Positions 50,167 to 64,000 of a stretch of 64,000 bases of DNA are shown here, in pieces; the stretch's first letter is position 1, and every line of letters starts with the position of its first letter. This stretch comes from an uncultured Chloroflexia bacterium. Its GTDB lineage: Bacteria; Chloroflexota; Limnocylindria; Limnocylindrales; CSP1-4. Below the pieces are notes generated by a model. The model was not told the origin of the DNA. It ran no database searches and saw only the letters and a program-made list of their open reading frames with translations. A program made the translations under genes and the position numbers. The stretch spans positions 96,001-160,000 of the forward strand of contig CAVTHS010000006.1 in NCBI GenBank assembly GCA_963734535.1. Direction: 5' to 3'.

Positions 50167-51968
50167 CTAGAGCCGCCAGACCGCGAAGACGCCGTCGCTG
50201 CTCTCCACGGCCGGGGGTACCCAGGAGTCCGTCCAAGGCGGCGAGGACGGAGGTGCCGCCGTCTTCGAACCCGTTCAGCTGAACCCAGATCGCGTTGAAT
50301 CCCGCCGCGCGAAGCCGCTCGACCATCGCGGGGGCCGGCAAAGCGGCGGTGGCTTGCTGCCAGGCCGCGTCGGGCCGGCCCTTCATGGCTGCGTAGCTCC
50401 ACCGCAGTCCCGTGGTGTTCAGGTAGCCGCGGACCGGGTCATAGTCCGTCATGCCGAACACGGGTGGAAACTCCGGAAAAGGTCGGTATGGGAGCTGGAA
50501 GACGTGGCCCCCGACGGCAGCGCGGCCTGGACCTGCTGACCGAACGTCACGTCCGCGGAATATCCGGCCGCCGCGCCCGAACGGGGCCCTCAAGGCTCGA
50601 GGGTGTCTGATCAAGGACGCCGAGGATCACGACGAGTGTGACCGCGATCGGCCCCGCGACGCGCCATGCCGCACCCTTGCGCTGCCCAAGGAAGCGGTCG
50701 GCCAGCACACCCAGGGTGGTAAGTGCGAAAAGCCCGATGAACACGCTGAGGCGGTTGTAGGCTCGTATCTCGGCGAGACGGCGGCGGCGAAGACCGCGCC
50801 GAACCCTGCCACGGTGCCGAGCAGCAGGCCGGCCACCGTCAGGACTCCGAGCAGACGGAGACTCACCGGCTCGATCCTGTCCGGACTCTCACGGCGCTGA
50901 CCTGTCCGCGGCCAGCCGAGGACGAGCGCCGAGATCGACAGAAGGAAGCCGAGCGAGCCCACGATCCCGAGCGCGGCCATGTTGGCCTCGGTGTTGCCGT
51001 CCACGCTCGTGGAACGGTAGGTAGCCCGCATGGCCGCCATTGATGGCAATCCGGTGGTTGTCGATCGGCAGCAGCATCTGCGTGATCCGCAGCCCGTACG
51101 TCTCGGCCTCGAAGGGATTGCGCACGGCGGCTACGGCGTTCTTGCCGTCCTGTGCCGCAGAACACGAAGCTCGGGACCATCTGCGCCGCGAACACGAGCC
51201 CTGTCGCAAGGATGAGCGCCGGCGGCAGCGAGCGCCACGCGGAAGCTATGGCGACGCAGCGTGGCGCGCAGGCCGACTACGGCAAGGAAGAAACAGCCGA
51301 AGAACGTGTAGTAGGAGCCGCACGCCCCGGCAGCAAGACAGATTACCAGCGCTGCGATGGACCGCCGATTGCGCAGGTGAACGGGAACCACCCGCCTGCG
51401 GCGCGTTTGACGAGGGGGGGATCCGGACGAGTCCAGCCACACGAGAACCAGTAGGAGCAGCGGGATGATCCAGTACATCGACAGGAACAGGTGCCCTTCA
51501 CCACGCATGTAGTGGTACGGGAGAAGGGCAAAGAGGACGGCGACTCCCAGGGAGGAGAGGCGAGACACGTGGAGATGCCGCAGGACGAACGCAGTCGCCA
51601 CGCCGACGGCCGAGTATCCCGCCAGGTAGAAGATGTTGACGACGACTTCGGCGTTGATCCCGAAGAGCCCGATGACTCGCATCGGCGAGGAAGTTGAGGC
51701 CGTCCGCGCCGGGCATGTCGTAGAACTGGGCGATGCCCGGCGCTCCGAGGGACGGGTTGGTGAGGTAGGAGCCGGTCTCGATGAGTCCTTTCACCCCCGC
51801 CAGGGCGAACAACCCGTCGCCCCAGTAGGTGAAAGGGACCGAGAGGTCGGCAATCCGCAATCCCATGATCGACGCGATGATGCCGAGCGGCAGGACCGCG
51901 GCGGCCAGATAGAAGGACACATCGGCAAGCAGCTCGACGTCGCCAAGGTTCCTGATGCGCTCCAGCAT
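50167..51968 (-). CDS. Polytopic membrane protein, probable GT-C glycosyltransferase; frameshifts
   Basis: [72 protein letters not shown]. Confidence 0.65.
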
Positions 51969-52196
51969 CAGATTCAGGTCTCCAACCGCCGCTGCTAAAC
52001 GGCGCGGGTGTCTGGATACCGCCGCGCCACCGCCAACGCTCGAGATCAGCCGCCCGCTGGCCACGCAGCAACCTCCAACCTCATGGGCCCCGAACGCCAA
52101 CTCTGCTGCGATGCTCTGACGGCTCGTCCTCCAAGTGCGGGCAGGATACTCGCTCTCCACCTCCAGCTTGCGAGGGCCCGGGGCCTCGCGCGGGTC

Positions 52197-52231
52197 TTGG
52201 CGGCTTGGCGGTCTGCGATATACTCGTCTCG
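52197..52231 (+). promoter_or_regulatory. Sigma70-type leaderless promoter for gmd
   Basis: TTGGCG (52197-52202), 16 nt, TATACT (52219-52224), 7 nt, then ATG 52232. Confidence 0.6.
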
Positions 52232-54184
<1,953 letters not shown>

Positions 54185-54196
54185 GCGAGTAGCTGG

Positions 54197-55469
54197 GTGT
54201 CCGTCCCCGACGTCACGCGCGCTGAGTCCGTGGCCATCCTCGTCGATGACCTCGCGACGTGGATCGTGACGGGCTACCAGCCGACCGGCATCCAACGGGT
54301 CGTGTCCGAGCTTGTCGACACCGCGACCGCCCGAACTGACATCGACAGCTGGCCAGCCGTCTCGCTGGGCGGCGGCAATCCGGACACCGACGTGCGCCTC
54401 GTGGAGGTGGACCGGGACAGCCTTCGGTGGGAGGCGCCCGCTGCGGGACTACGCCTTCGGCGCCGATACCTCCGGCCGTCCGCCGAACCGTGCGTCGCGC
54501 CCCGCTGCCGCCTTCTCTTCGGCGCGGCGCAAGGCTCGCATATCTGCGCCTGGCCCTCGCGGTCGGTGGGATCCGGGCCTCCACTAAGACGGGCGGCCGA
54601 CGGGCCGACCTCCTCCTCGTTCCGGGCGGATTCTGGAGCGGGGACTCGGCCGCGCGGATCGTGAGGCTCGCGGCACGCGGCACGAAGGTGCGAGTGATCG
54701 TATATGACCTCTTCCCCGTGCGGAACCCGGAATGGTGCGATCCGCGCCTCTGCCGCGACTTTGCCTCGGCCCTGGCTGTGGTCGTCTCCGTGGCCGACCG
54801 GGTCGTCACCCTGAGCGACGAGGTCGCCCGACAACTCATCGCCGACTACCCGATGCTGACCGCCAGGGTCCGCGCGGCCGTTCCCGCTCTCGGAGCGCAC
54901 GCGCCGCGGCGATCGGTCGGTCCCGGCCCGCGTCGCGTCCCAACCCTCGCCAACCCCTTCGTCCTTGCTGTCGGAACCGTTGAGCCGCGCAAGAACTACC
55001 GGGTGATCCTCGATGCCTGGCGGATCGCCCGACAGGATCCAGGAATGGCAACGCGCGTCGCTCGTCGTCGTCGGTCGACTCGGCTGGATGGCGGACGACA
55101 TCGAGGCCGAGATCGCTCGAGACGGCGGACGCAATCGGATCGTCCGGCTCACCCACGCGACCGACGACGAGCTCGAGGCGCTGTACGCTGACTGCCATGC
55201 GACCGTCCACGCCTCCTGGGCCGAAGGCTTCGGTCTTCCGGTCCGGGAGAGCATCGCCCGCGGGATCCCGACGCTCATATCATCGACGATCCCGACAGGA
55301 CGGCCTTGTTGCCGGCTCATACCTGACGTTCGACCCGGCGGACGTGCGCACGCTCGCGTCGCTTATGCTGGACGCCCTCCTCGCCGAGCGGGTGAGAGCA
55401 CCCTGGCAGCCGAGAGCCCGTGACGGCACCGGGTGGGAACCGGTTCTCGCGGCACTCACCGACGATTGA
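54197..55469 (+). CDS. GT4 glycosyltransferase, frameshifted
   Basis: PTGIQRVV, IVYDLFPV, VGTVEPRKNY, SWAEGFGLPVRES. Confidence 0.82.
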
Positions 55470-55647
55470 GGACCACGGTTGATCGCGTGTCAATCGAGGG
55501 AGGACATTCCTGCCGGACCGGGCTCCTGACTCCAGATGGTGCCGGACGCATGCGGTTGTGCCGGGCGTGCGGTTGCCGGGACTCGCGGCGTCAGAGCCGC
55601 GTGCGAGGCAGCAGATGCGGTGATCGCCACCCGGCGCACTCGCGGCG

Positions 55648-57088
55648 GTGAGACGCGTGCGAGGCAGGATGAGCGACGGCATCCCGGACGCCATGTACGC
55701 GGCCTTCGAGGAGCAGTTCAGGGGTTCGCGAGAAGAGGTAGCTCGACGGCTGACCGTGTACCTGTCCGTCCTCGACAAGGCCGGCGTACGTGACGCCGCT
55801 TCGCCGGTGCTCGACCTCGGCTGCGGACGCGGGGAGTGGCTGGGGCTCCTTCTGCAGCATGGATATGCGGCCAGGGGCGTGGACCTCAACGAGGACTTCG
55901 TGGCCCACGGTCAGCAGTTGGGCCTGGACCTCGTGTACGCAGAGGCCGTCGGATACCTGGGATCCCAGCCCGAAGGCTCATGTGCCGCTGTCACCGCGTT
56001 CCACCTGGTGGAGCATCTTCCTCCCGGCCGACTGGTCGACCTCCTTGCCCAGATCCATAGGGTCCTTCGTCCCGGGGGTATCGTCATCCTCGAGACGCCC
56101 AATCCCGAGAACCAGGTCGTGGGCGGCTGCACGTTCTACCTGGATCCCTCACATGTGGCCCCTATTCCGCCTGCGTTACTGCAGTTCCTCACCGAGCAAG
56201 CGGGCTTTGCCGCCACGTGGGTCGCGCGCGTGAATGCGGACACCTTGGAGATCCCGCTCCAATACGTCCCACGTGACGCTCCGCACGCACTGCAGATGAA
56301 TGCCGCGATCCACCTGCTCAACCTGAATCGCTACTCTGCTCCGGACTACGCGATCATCGCCCAGAAGGAAGGCGGGATTGGTGAGCATCGCCGGATCTCC
56401 GGAGCTTGACGCCATCTGTGGTCCCGGACCCATGGACATCACAAGCTTCCGACGACTCGAAGCCGAAGCCAAGGCGCAGGAAGCCGAGGCCCGGGCGCAG
56501 GAAGCCGAGGCCAGGGCGCAGGCGGCCGAGGCCAGCACGAACGAGGCCGAGGCGAGGCCCGGGAAGCCGAAGCCAAGGTGCAGGAAGCCGAGGCAAGGGC
56601 GCACGCGGCCGAGACGCAGTTCGTGGCGGCCGAGTCGTGGGCCCGGGAGTCCGAGGCGCAGTTCGCGGCGGCCGAGGCGCGGGCCCAGGAAGCCGAGGCG
56701 CAGTTCGCGGCGATCCTCCGAGGCGCCTCGTGGCGGATCACGCGACCTCTGCGCTGGGGGAAGCGGACCGCCCTTCGACTACCCAGGTCAATGAGATCCG
56801 GCGGTGGCGCCGGTCCGTGGCTCAAGTCTCGCGCGAAGGTGATCATCGGCCACCCCATGCGGTGGCTCCTGGCTCGCCCGCACGTCGGGCCGTGTCGTCG
56901 ACCGGCAGCTCGCCCATGTCCCGGCGCTCGATCGCCGGGTCAGGGCGGCCGTACGCGAGGTGAGCCGCTCGCCGATTCCGGCCGGGCCGGCCGACGAGAC
57001 GGTACCGACCGACCTCGAACACCTGCCGGTGTCTGCTCGTGAGGTGTTCGCCGATCTCGAGCGAACGTTCGACCGCCGGGACCGGTGA
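55648..57088 (+). CDS. SAM methyltransferase with coiled coil (WbdD-like chain terminator/ruler); frameshifts, start uncertain
   Basis: YAAFEEQFRGS, LDLGCGRGEW, FHLVEHL, LETPNP..FYLDPSH, DYAIIA; then heptads AQEAEAR ending in ASWRITRPLR. Confidence 0.78.
56460..56710 (+). repeat. 21-bp heptad-coding repeats (coiled coil)
   Basis: GCGCAGGAAGCCGAGGCCCGG-like units encoding AQEAEAR. Confidence 0.75.
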
Positions 57089-60000
57089 AGCCGGCACCGA
57101 TGCGGATCGTCCTCGACCTGCAGGCCTGCCAGACGGAGGACGGCGGCGGCGCGCCGGGTCGTTACTCGCTCTCCCTGGCGCGGGCGATTGCCCGAAATGC
57201 GGGCGAGCACGAGATCGTCATCGCCTTGAACGGCCGGTTTCCGGCGAGCGTCGAACCACTCCGCCTGGCTTTCGACGGACTGCTGTCCCGTGATCGCATC
57301 GCGGTGTTCTCGGTGCCTCGGTCCATCTCGGCGATCGACCCGGCCAATGACTGGCGGCGCCATGCAGCCGAACAGGTCCGTTCGAGCTTCCTGGCCGGCT
57401 TGAGGCCGGACGTCGTCCACGTCTCGAGCCTGTTCACGGGCCTGGAGGATGACGCCGTGGCGTCCGTCGCCGGCGGATACGGGCCGTTCGCCTCGACCGC
57501 GACGCTCTCCGATCTCGATCTCCTGCGACATTCGCCGTCCGTCGAGGGGCGGCGCAGCGACTGGAGTCTCGGCAGGCTGGAGGAGGCAAGGCGCGCAGAC
57601 CTCCTGCTGGTGACCTCGGACCACGCCCGCGACCTGGCCATGGCGATCCTCGAGGTGCCTGAAGAGCGGATCGTGACCGTCCCTGCGGCTGCCGACGAGA
57701 CGCTCGAGCCGCGCGATCTCCTGCCCGCAGAGCTCCGGGCCCTGCGACGCCGCGCGGGGATCCGCAAGCCGTTCCTGCTGTCCCGGGTTGGTGCGGACGA
57801 GACCGGGACGGCCGAAGCGCTGATCCACGCGTTCGCGCTGCTGCCCGAGACGATCAGGACCGAGCACCAGCTTGCCCTCATCGCCGATCTCGGTGACGGC
57901 GAGCGACGGAAGCTGAAAGCAGCCATCCAGCGCTTCGGCCTGCGTGCGGATGACGTGGTCATCGCGAGTGGCGTCAGCGGCGACGAGCTGATGGCGCTCT
58001 ATGGCGACTCGACGCTGGTCGTGTCCGCCTCGGAGAGCGATTGCCTCGGCTCGTCCGCCCTGGCGGCCATGATGTGCGGGGCTCCGGTGGTCGCCTCGAC
58101 CGCCGGGGCGATGCCCGAGGTGATCGGCAGGACAGATGCCCTGTTCGATCCCCGTGATCACCACGCGATGGCCTCCAGGATCGGTGAGGTCCTGACCGAC
58201 GACGGCTTGCGGCGCGACCTGAAGGATCACGGCTCGCTGCAGGCCCGCCGATGCTCCTGGGATGCCAGCGCCGTCCGCGCGCTGGGGGCGTTCGCGCAGC
58301 TTGACGAGCGGGGCCAGGCGAGCAGAGCCACCGCGATCGTGACGAACCGGCCGCGCCCGCGCCTGGCGTTCGTCTCGCCTCTCCCACCGGAACGATCCGG
58401 CATCGCGGACTACAGCGCCGAGCTGCTGCCCGAGCTGGCTCGGCACTACGACATCGACGTCGTGCTCCAGCAGGACTCACTCGACGCTCCGTGGGTCGCC
58501 GCCAATTGCGCGATGCGGTCCGCGGCCTGGTTCGACTCGCACGCTGACGAATACGACCGGATCGTCTACCAATTCGGCAACTCCCCGTACCACGAGCACA
58601 TGTTCGCGCTGTTGGCCCGGCACCCGGGCGTGGTCGTCCTGCATGACTTCTTCCTGAGCGGGGCCGTGCACTACTGCCACGAGACCCGCCGCCTGAAGGG
58701 CGGCTTCGCGCGGGCTCTCTACGAATCGCATGGATATGCGGCGCTCACCGACGAGAGGCAGATCGGCCGAGAGGCCGCGGTCTGGAAGTACCCCTGCAAC
58801 AAGGAGGTACTGGACCGCGCCCAGGGTGTCATCGTCCACTCGCGATTCGCGATGCGACTGGCCGAGACGTGGTACGGGCCGGGTAGCGCAGGAGACTGGA
58901 CGTACATCCCGCTCGCCAGGGCTCAGCCTCCGGCCATCGAACGGCGAGCGGCGCGGGAGCGCCTCGGGATCGCGGATGCGGATTTCCTCGTCTGCTCCCT
59001 GGGCATGCTCTGGCCGTCAAAGCTGAACGACCGCCTGCTGAACGCGTGGCTGAGCTCTCCGCTCGCGGACGACCCGGGATGTCACCTGACCTTCGTCGGG
59101 GAGAACCAGTCCACCGAGTACTGCAAGGACCTGGTCCGCATGATCAGGGGCAGTCGCTCCAGGGAGCGCATCCGGATCACCGGGTTCGTTCCCCGGCAGC
59201 AGTACGAGGACTACCTCGCGGCCGCGGACATGGCCGTCCAGCTGCGCGCGTTGTCTCGCGGGGAGACGTCCGCATCGGTCCTCGATTGCCTCGCGCGTGG
59301 CGTTCCGACGATCGCGAACGTGAACGGCTGGGTTGCTGAGCTGCCCGACGAGACGCTGTCGAAGATCCCGGACGAGTTCTCGCAGGCGGAATTAGTCGAC
59401 GCACTGGTCCGGCTGTGGCGCGATCCCGGCGCACGGGCCGAACTCGCCCGCTGCGGGCGCGCGCACGTCAGGACGGTGCATGCTCCGCCGCGCGCCGGCG
59501 ACCTGTACCGCGACGCGATCGAGAGGTTCGCGGCGGACAGTCCCGATGGGCGATATCGACACCTGGTCCGCTGCCTGGCGGACGGCAGAGATTCGGCTGC
59601 GCCGACCAGGGAGGATCTGATCGACGTGGCCGCAAGCGTCTCCGCGAACCAGACCCCCCGTCCGCCAGGCCAGCTGCTCGTGGACGTCACGGCGCTCGTT
59701 CGCGAGGATCTCAAGACGGGTATCGAGCGCGCATCCCGCGCCGTCCTCCGCTCCCTGATCGGCCGATCGCCTGACGGATACCGCGTGGAACCTGTGTACG
59801 AGGCCGGCGGACACTATGCGTACGCCCGGCGTTTCACGGTAGGGCTACTCGAGGCGAAGGAGTCGGGGCTCGAGGATGCGCCGATGGAGGCGGCTCCCCG
59901 CGACATCTTCCTGGGGCTGAACCTCTCACAGCAGTGGATTCCTGAGAATCGAACCTGTTCATCGATCTCAGGAACCGTGGCACGGGCGTGTTCTTCGTCC

Positions 60001-60935
60001 TGTACGACCTTCTGCCCGTGTTGCGTCCCGAGGTCTTCCCCGACTTTGTGCAGCCGACCTTCACCCGCTGGTTGGACACCGTCGTCCGCATATCGGACGG
60101 CGTCGTGTGCATCTCCCGCGCGGTGGCGGACGAGTTGCTCGGCTGGTTGCAGCGCACGACACCGGTGCGTTGCGGGCAGCTCCAGATCGGGTACTTCCAC
60201 TTGGGCGCTGACCTCGCGGCCAGCGTGCCGACCAGCGGGTTCCGGCCGGACGCCGCGTCCGCACTTGCGCAGTTGCGGACGCGGCCGAGCTTCCTGATGG
60301 TCGGCACCATCGAGCCGCGCAAGGGACATGCGCAGGTGCTCTCCGCATTCGAACGTTTGTGGGCTGCCGGCGTGGACGCGAGCCTTGTCGTCGTCGGCAA
60401 GGAGGGCTGGGGCGTGGAGCGACTCGCGGCGCGCCTGCGCACGCACCCGGAGCGAGGCAAACGCCTGCATCTGCTACCCGGCGTCAGTGACGAAGTACTT
60501 CTGAGTCTCTACGAGTCTGCGTCTGTCCTTCTGGCTGCCTCCGAAGGAGAGGGCTTCGGCCTGCCGCTGATCGAAGCCGCCCGGCATGGCATGCCGATCA
60601 TCGCCCGAAACATACCGGTGTTCCATGAGGTCGCCGGGGAGCACGCCTTCTACTTCACTGGCAAGGCGCCAGAGCACCTTGCCGACGCGATCTCCACCTG
60701 GCTCGCACTGCGCGAGCGCGGCGAGGCGCCCTCTTCGAACAACATGCCGTGGCTGACCTGGGCCCAGAGTGCGACGCAACTGATGGACGTGATCCTCGGT
60801 GGGCGGTGGTATGCGCGCTGGCCCGAGATCCCCGATCCGTTCGATCCGGGGCTGCTGATGCGCACGGGGATCACCCGCCAGGGACGTCCGCCTCTGCCGT
60901 CGCCGGCGGCGCGACGCCGAGTCATCGCCGCATAG
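57085..60935 (+). CDS. Three-domain GT4 glycosyltransferase (WbdA-like polymerase), frameshift near 59960
   Basis: MRIVLDLQ (ATG 57100); second domain SPLPPERSGIADYS..GNSPYH..RGETS; third domain LLVDVT..KTGIER..VGTIEPRKGH..EGFGLPLIEA. Confidence 0.88.
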
Positions 60936-61630
60936 GTCGCGAGCCCGCTCTGCGATCGAGCCGCGCGCGACCGTCTGTCCGTGGTCGAGGACGATCGACT
61001 CGTCGGCGAGCGACTCCGCGAGGTCGACGCTGTGGGTCACGAACAGGAGCGACGTCCCGGACCGCCGAAGCGTCCGGAAGTGATCGAGGCACGTCGCGAT
61101 GAAGGCGGCGTCGCCCACGGCGAGGATCTCGTCCACGAGGAGGAGCGGTCCGGGATCGGCCAGGGCGGCGGCCATCGCGACGCGCATGCGCATCCCGGTC
61201 GAGTAGGTCCTGATCGGCTCCTCCCAGGCGTCCTCGATCCCGGAGAACTCGCGCGCTTCGGCGAGGCGCAGACTTCAGCGCGCGTCCGCTCAGGCCGCGC
61301 AGGAGAAGCTCGAGCCGTGCGTTCTCGGCACCCGACAGCTCCTCGTCGAAGGCTCGTCCCCACCTGGAAGAGGAGCGTCGGGTCGACGCGCCGGTCCACG
61401 CGACCGACCGTGGGCGCGATCGTCCCGGCCGCGATCCCGAGCAGCGTGGACTTCCCGGACCCGTTCCGGCCGAGGATCGCGACCGACTCGCCCGAGGTGA
61501 CCTCGAGGTCGAGCGGTGCGAGCGCCCAGGGTCGGTCACTCGGTCGGCGGAGCAGGCGGGCCGTCAGCCCGAGCTCCGAGCCACTCGGGTACTGCTTGCC
61601 GACGCCGGCCATGCGGACGAGGAGGGTCAT
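60922..61630 (-). CDS. wzt: Polysaccharide-export ABC ATPase (Wzt), frameshifted; end approximate
   Basis: GRNGSGKSTLL, FDEELSGAEN, TYSTGMRMR, LLVDEILAVGD, FVTH. Confidence 0.88.
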
Positions 61631-61641
61631 CGGGCGACCGG

Positions 61642-62527
61642 TCAGATGTAGTCGGCGAAGTTGGCCGACGTGCGCCGGAACACGATCGCGGCACGCCCAC
61701 AGGGCGACGAACGCCGAGACGAGGCCGACGACCGCGTGGACCGGATGGTCCGGGATCCAGCGCATGCCGTAGAGGATGAGATCCATCGAGATCGTCAGCG
61801 GGTTGAGCTTGAGGGCAGAAGACCGAGGAGCCCGCCGCCCTCGGGGTTCAGGTAGAGGGGCGACACGAAGATCAGCGCCATCGTGATGACCGGTGCGGCA
61901 AGGATCGCGTCGCGCAGGTAGACGCCGAGCGCTGCGAACGCGAGACCCAGGGCGGTGCCCCAGACGATCGCCAGGAGCAGGCCGACCGTGAACGCCAGTG
62001 AGCGTGGCCAGGCCGGCCGCCAGTGCCGTCGCCGATCGCCACGGCGCCCACCCCGAGCAGGCCGCCCGGGATGATCCGGTAGAGCGCGACCCCAACGGCG
62101 GTGGGCGCCAGCAGCTCGAGCGGGAAGAGCGACCCCTTCACCCAGCCAGGCTCGCTCCGCGACCAGCGTGGGACCGCGGCCCACGATCTCGCCCATCCCC
62201 TGCCCGATGATGAACGCCGCGAAGAAGATCCCGAACCCGCCGAGCGGGGACGTGGACTCCGGGACGCGCACGGCACCGCGGGTCGCCGCGAACAGCAGGA
62301 TCGCCTGCGAGCCCGGCTGGATGATGTTCCACGCCCAGCCGAGAACGCTTCGGCGATGCCGGCGCGCGATCTGTGTCCGGACGAGCGTGGACAGGACGAA
62401 CCGCTGGTCCCAGAACAGGTTCCACGGGAACAGGAGGATCGTGAGGCCGCCCAGGCGCCGGAGACGCCACGAGGTCTGCCGCCGGTTCACCGCCGGCGGG
62501 GGAGTCCGTGAGGACGTCAGTTCCCAT
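61642..62527 (-). CDS. wzm: Polysaccharide-export ABC permease (Wzm), frameshifted
   Basis: RHRRSVLGWAWNIIQP, VKGSLFPLELL, GVYLRD, FVSPLY, LNPL, FADYI*. Confidence 0.85.
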
Positions 62528-63782
62528 CGTTCGAGAGGATAGCCGTCAGCAGGTCGAAGCAGGCGCGGTCCCAGCTCCGAGGCACGAAGCTGTCGCGGAT
62601 CGCCTTCATTCGGGACTCGACGGGCTCGGGGTCGTCCCACCAATGGCGGATGACCCGGTAGAGGGCATCGCCGTCGTTGGCTGGCACGGCCTCCACGAAC
62701 CGCGAGACCTCGTCCGCTGGGATCGCATCGGTGACGATGCTCGGCTTCCCGTATCGCAGCGCCTCCCTGATCGGGAGGCCCCATCCCTCCGCGAGCGATG
62801 GGAAGGCCAGGAATCGGCAGCCCCCGTAGAGAGCCGCGAGCTCTGGGTCACTCGCGTCCGTCACCACGCGGACGCGGCTCTGCAGCGCCGGTTCTGCCGC
62901 GAGGCGCTCGAAGAACGCTCCGTCCTGGGGGTGTCGGCGCCCCCCGATCACCAGCCACGGCACGTTTCCGGCTCCTCGGTCCGAGGCAAGCCAGCGCGAC
63001 CACGCATCGAGCAGGAGGACGTGGTTCTTGCGCGGATGGATCGTCCCGACGCTGAGCACGTACGGTGTCTCCGGGCAGAGGCCCCGCGGGTCGGCGGCCG
63101 CGGGCAGGATCGGATCGGGGGGCAGGACGGCCGTGACGTGTTGGTGGGCGACCTGGGCGACCTCGGCGGCGACCTCGGGCGAGTCTGCCGCCAGCGCATC
63201 CGCCGCACCGAGGAGCAGGGTCAGGTCGGCCGCCGCGGCGACGCCCTGCGCATCGCCGTACCAGCTCGCGCCGGTGATCGGCAGCATGTCGTGCACCAGC
63301 TGTGCCAGCCTTGCCCCCGATCGGGCTCGGGCAGCGACCGCGCCCGCCGCCATCCCCGGCGCGATCCAGGGGGCTCCAAGGACCAGGAGCGTGTCCAGGG
63401 GCCCGATCTCGAGCGGTTGCCCGGTCCTTCCTGCCCGGCGCGCGAGGATGCGCCGACCGACCGAGCGCGCGCGTTCCTGGACACCGCGGGGCGCGTGCGC
63501 GGAGATGCGCAGGGCGAGCTCGGCGCCACGGGCGAATCGCCGCCCACCGGGGGTCGTGGCATCGAGCAGGACCTCACGGACTGCGTCCCGGGTGACCACA
63601 ACCGTCCGCGTCTCGACGCCCACCGTCGCCGCGGCCGCGGGAAGGTGGCGGGCATAGCCGTCGGCGAGCCGCTGGATGCCGGTCGGCTGGGTCGCCGCGG
63701 CCTGGTAGACGAGGAGGTCGTTCACCACGATCAGGAGGCGGCCGGCCACGGCGGCGTCCGCGCGCTCTGTATTGGGGGTCAC
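62517..63782 (-). CDS. GT4 glycosyltransferase
   Basis: PTGIQR, VHDMLP, VGTIHPRKNH, FPSLAEGWGLPIREA. Confidence 0.88.
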   Translation of the reverse strand: MTPNTERADAAVAGRLLIVVNDLLVYQAAATQPTGIQRLADGYARHLPAAAATVGVETRTVVVTRDAVREVLLDATTPGGRRFARGAELALRISAHAPRGVQERARSVGRRILARRAGRTGQPLEIGPLDTLLVLGAPWIAPGMAAGAVAARARSGARLAQLVHDMLPITGASWYGDAQGVAAAADLTLLLGAADALAADSPEVAAEVAQVAHQHVTAVLPPDPILPAAADPRGLCPETPYVLSVGTIHPRKNHVLLLDAWSRWLASDRGAGNVPWLVIGGRRHPQDGAFFERLAAEPALQSRVRVVTDASDPELAALYGGCRFLAFPSLAEGWGLPIREALRYGKPSIVTDAIPADEVSRFVEAVPANDGDALYRVIRHWWDDPEPVESRMKAIRDSFVPRSWDRACFDLLTAILSNDGN

Positions 63783-64000
63783 ACGCCCCTGCCCTGGAAG
63801 ACGACCGGGACCGTCCGGATCGCAATCTCGAGATCCATGAGCAGCGACCAGTGCTCGATGTACTCCAGGTCGTCGGCCATCCGTTGCTCGAAGTCCGCGT
63901 CGACCCGACGACGCACCTGCCAGAGCCCCGTCAGGCCCGGACGGACCGTCAGGCGAATCCGGTGCCGCGGTTCGTAGCGTTCGACCTCGTCGAGGCCGGC
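63779..64000 (-). CDS. Polyprenyl-phosphate sugar-1-phosphate transferase (bacterial sugar transferase), 3' part only
   Basis: RLTVRPGLTGLWQV..DLEYIEHWSLLMDLEIAIRT..GRGV*; GTGA overlap with the GT4 gene. Confidence 0.9.
   Translation of the reverse strand, partial: AGLDEVERYEPRHRIRLTVRPGLTGLWQVRRRVDADFEQRMADDLEYIEHWSLLMDLEIAIRTVPVVFQGRGV

Overview
Very GC-rich bacterial chromosome segment. The split E. coli-type AccABCD, abundant leaderless genes and overall gene style suggest a monoderm such as Chloroflexota (e.g. Limnocylindria); this is inference only. The core-like part (1-31.2 kb) holds a cobalamin/iron-chelate ABC importer, a vapBC-type toxin-antitoxin pair, a GcvT-family protein with two phytoene-desaturase-family flavoproteins, surE, an AI-2E transporter, trpS, hom-thrC-thrB, a dienelactone hydrolase, and one long coupled run lysC-birA-ECF sigma/anti-sigma-accD-accA-(lysine-less BCCP paralogue)-accC-fabZ-metallophosphoesterase-fabF-accB-fabH-fabG. 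At 31.2-32.6 kb an XRE-HTH/PD-(D/E)xK nuclease gene sits beside a tandem repeat array. From 32.8 to 64 kb is a surface-glycan island: CDP-3,6-dideoxyhexose and probable branched-sugar genes, pseudaminic-acid-type genes, a GtrA/GtrB/GT-C cassette, an apparent Gmd-Rmd fusion, a methyltransferase with coiled coil, a three-domain GT4, Wzm/Wzt and an initiating sugar transferase. After ~37.8 kb many single-base frameshifts look like long-read consensus errors, so gene ends there are approximate. The best novelty candidates are a bacterial non-biotinylatable BCCP paralogue resembling plant BADC regulators, and the XRE-nuclease together with several unrelated intergenic tandem arrays.
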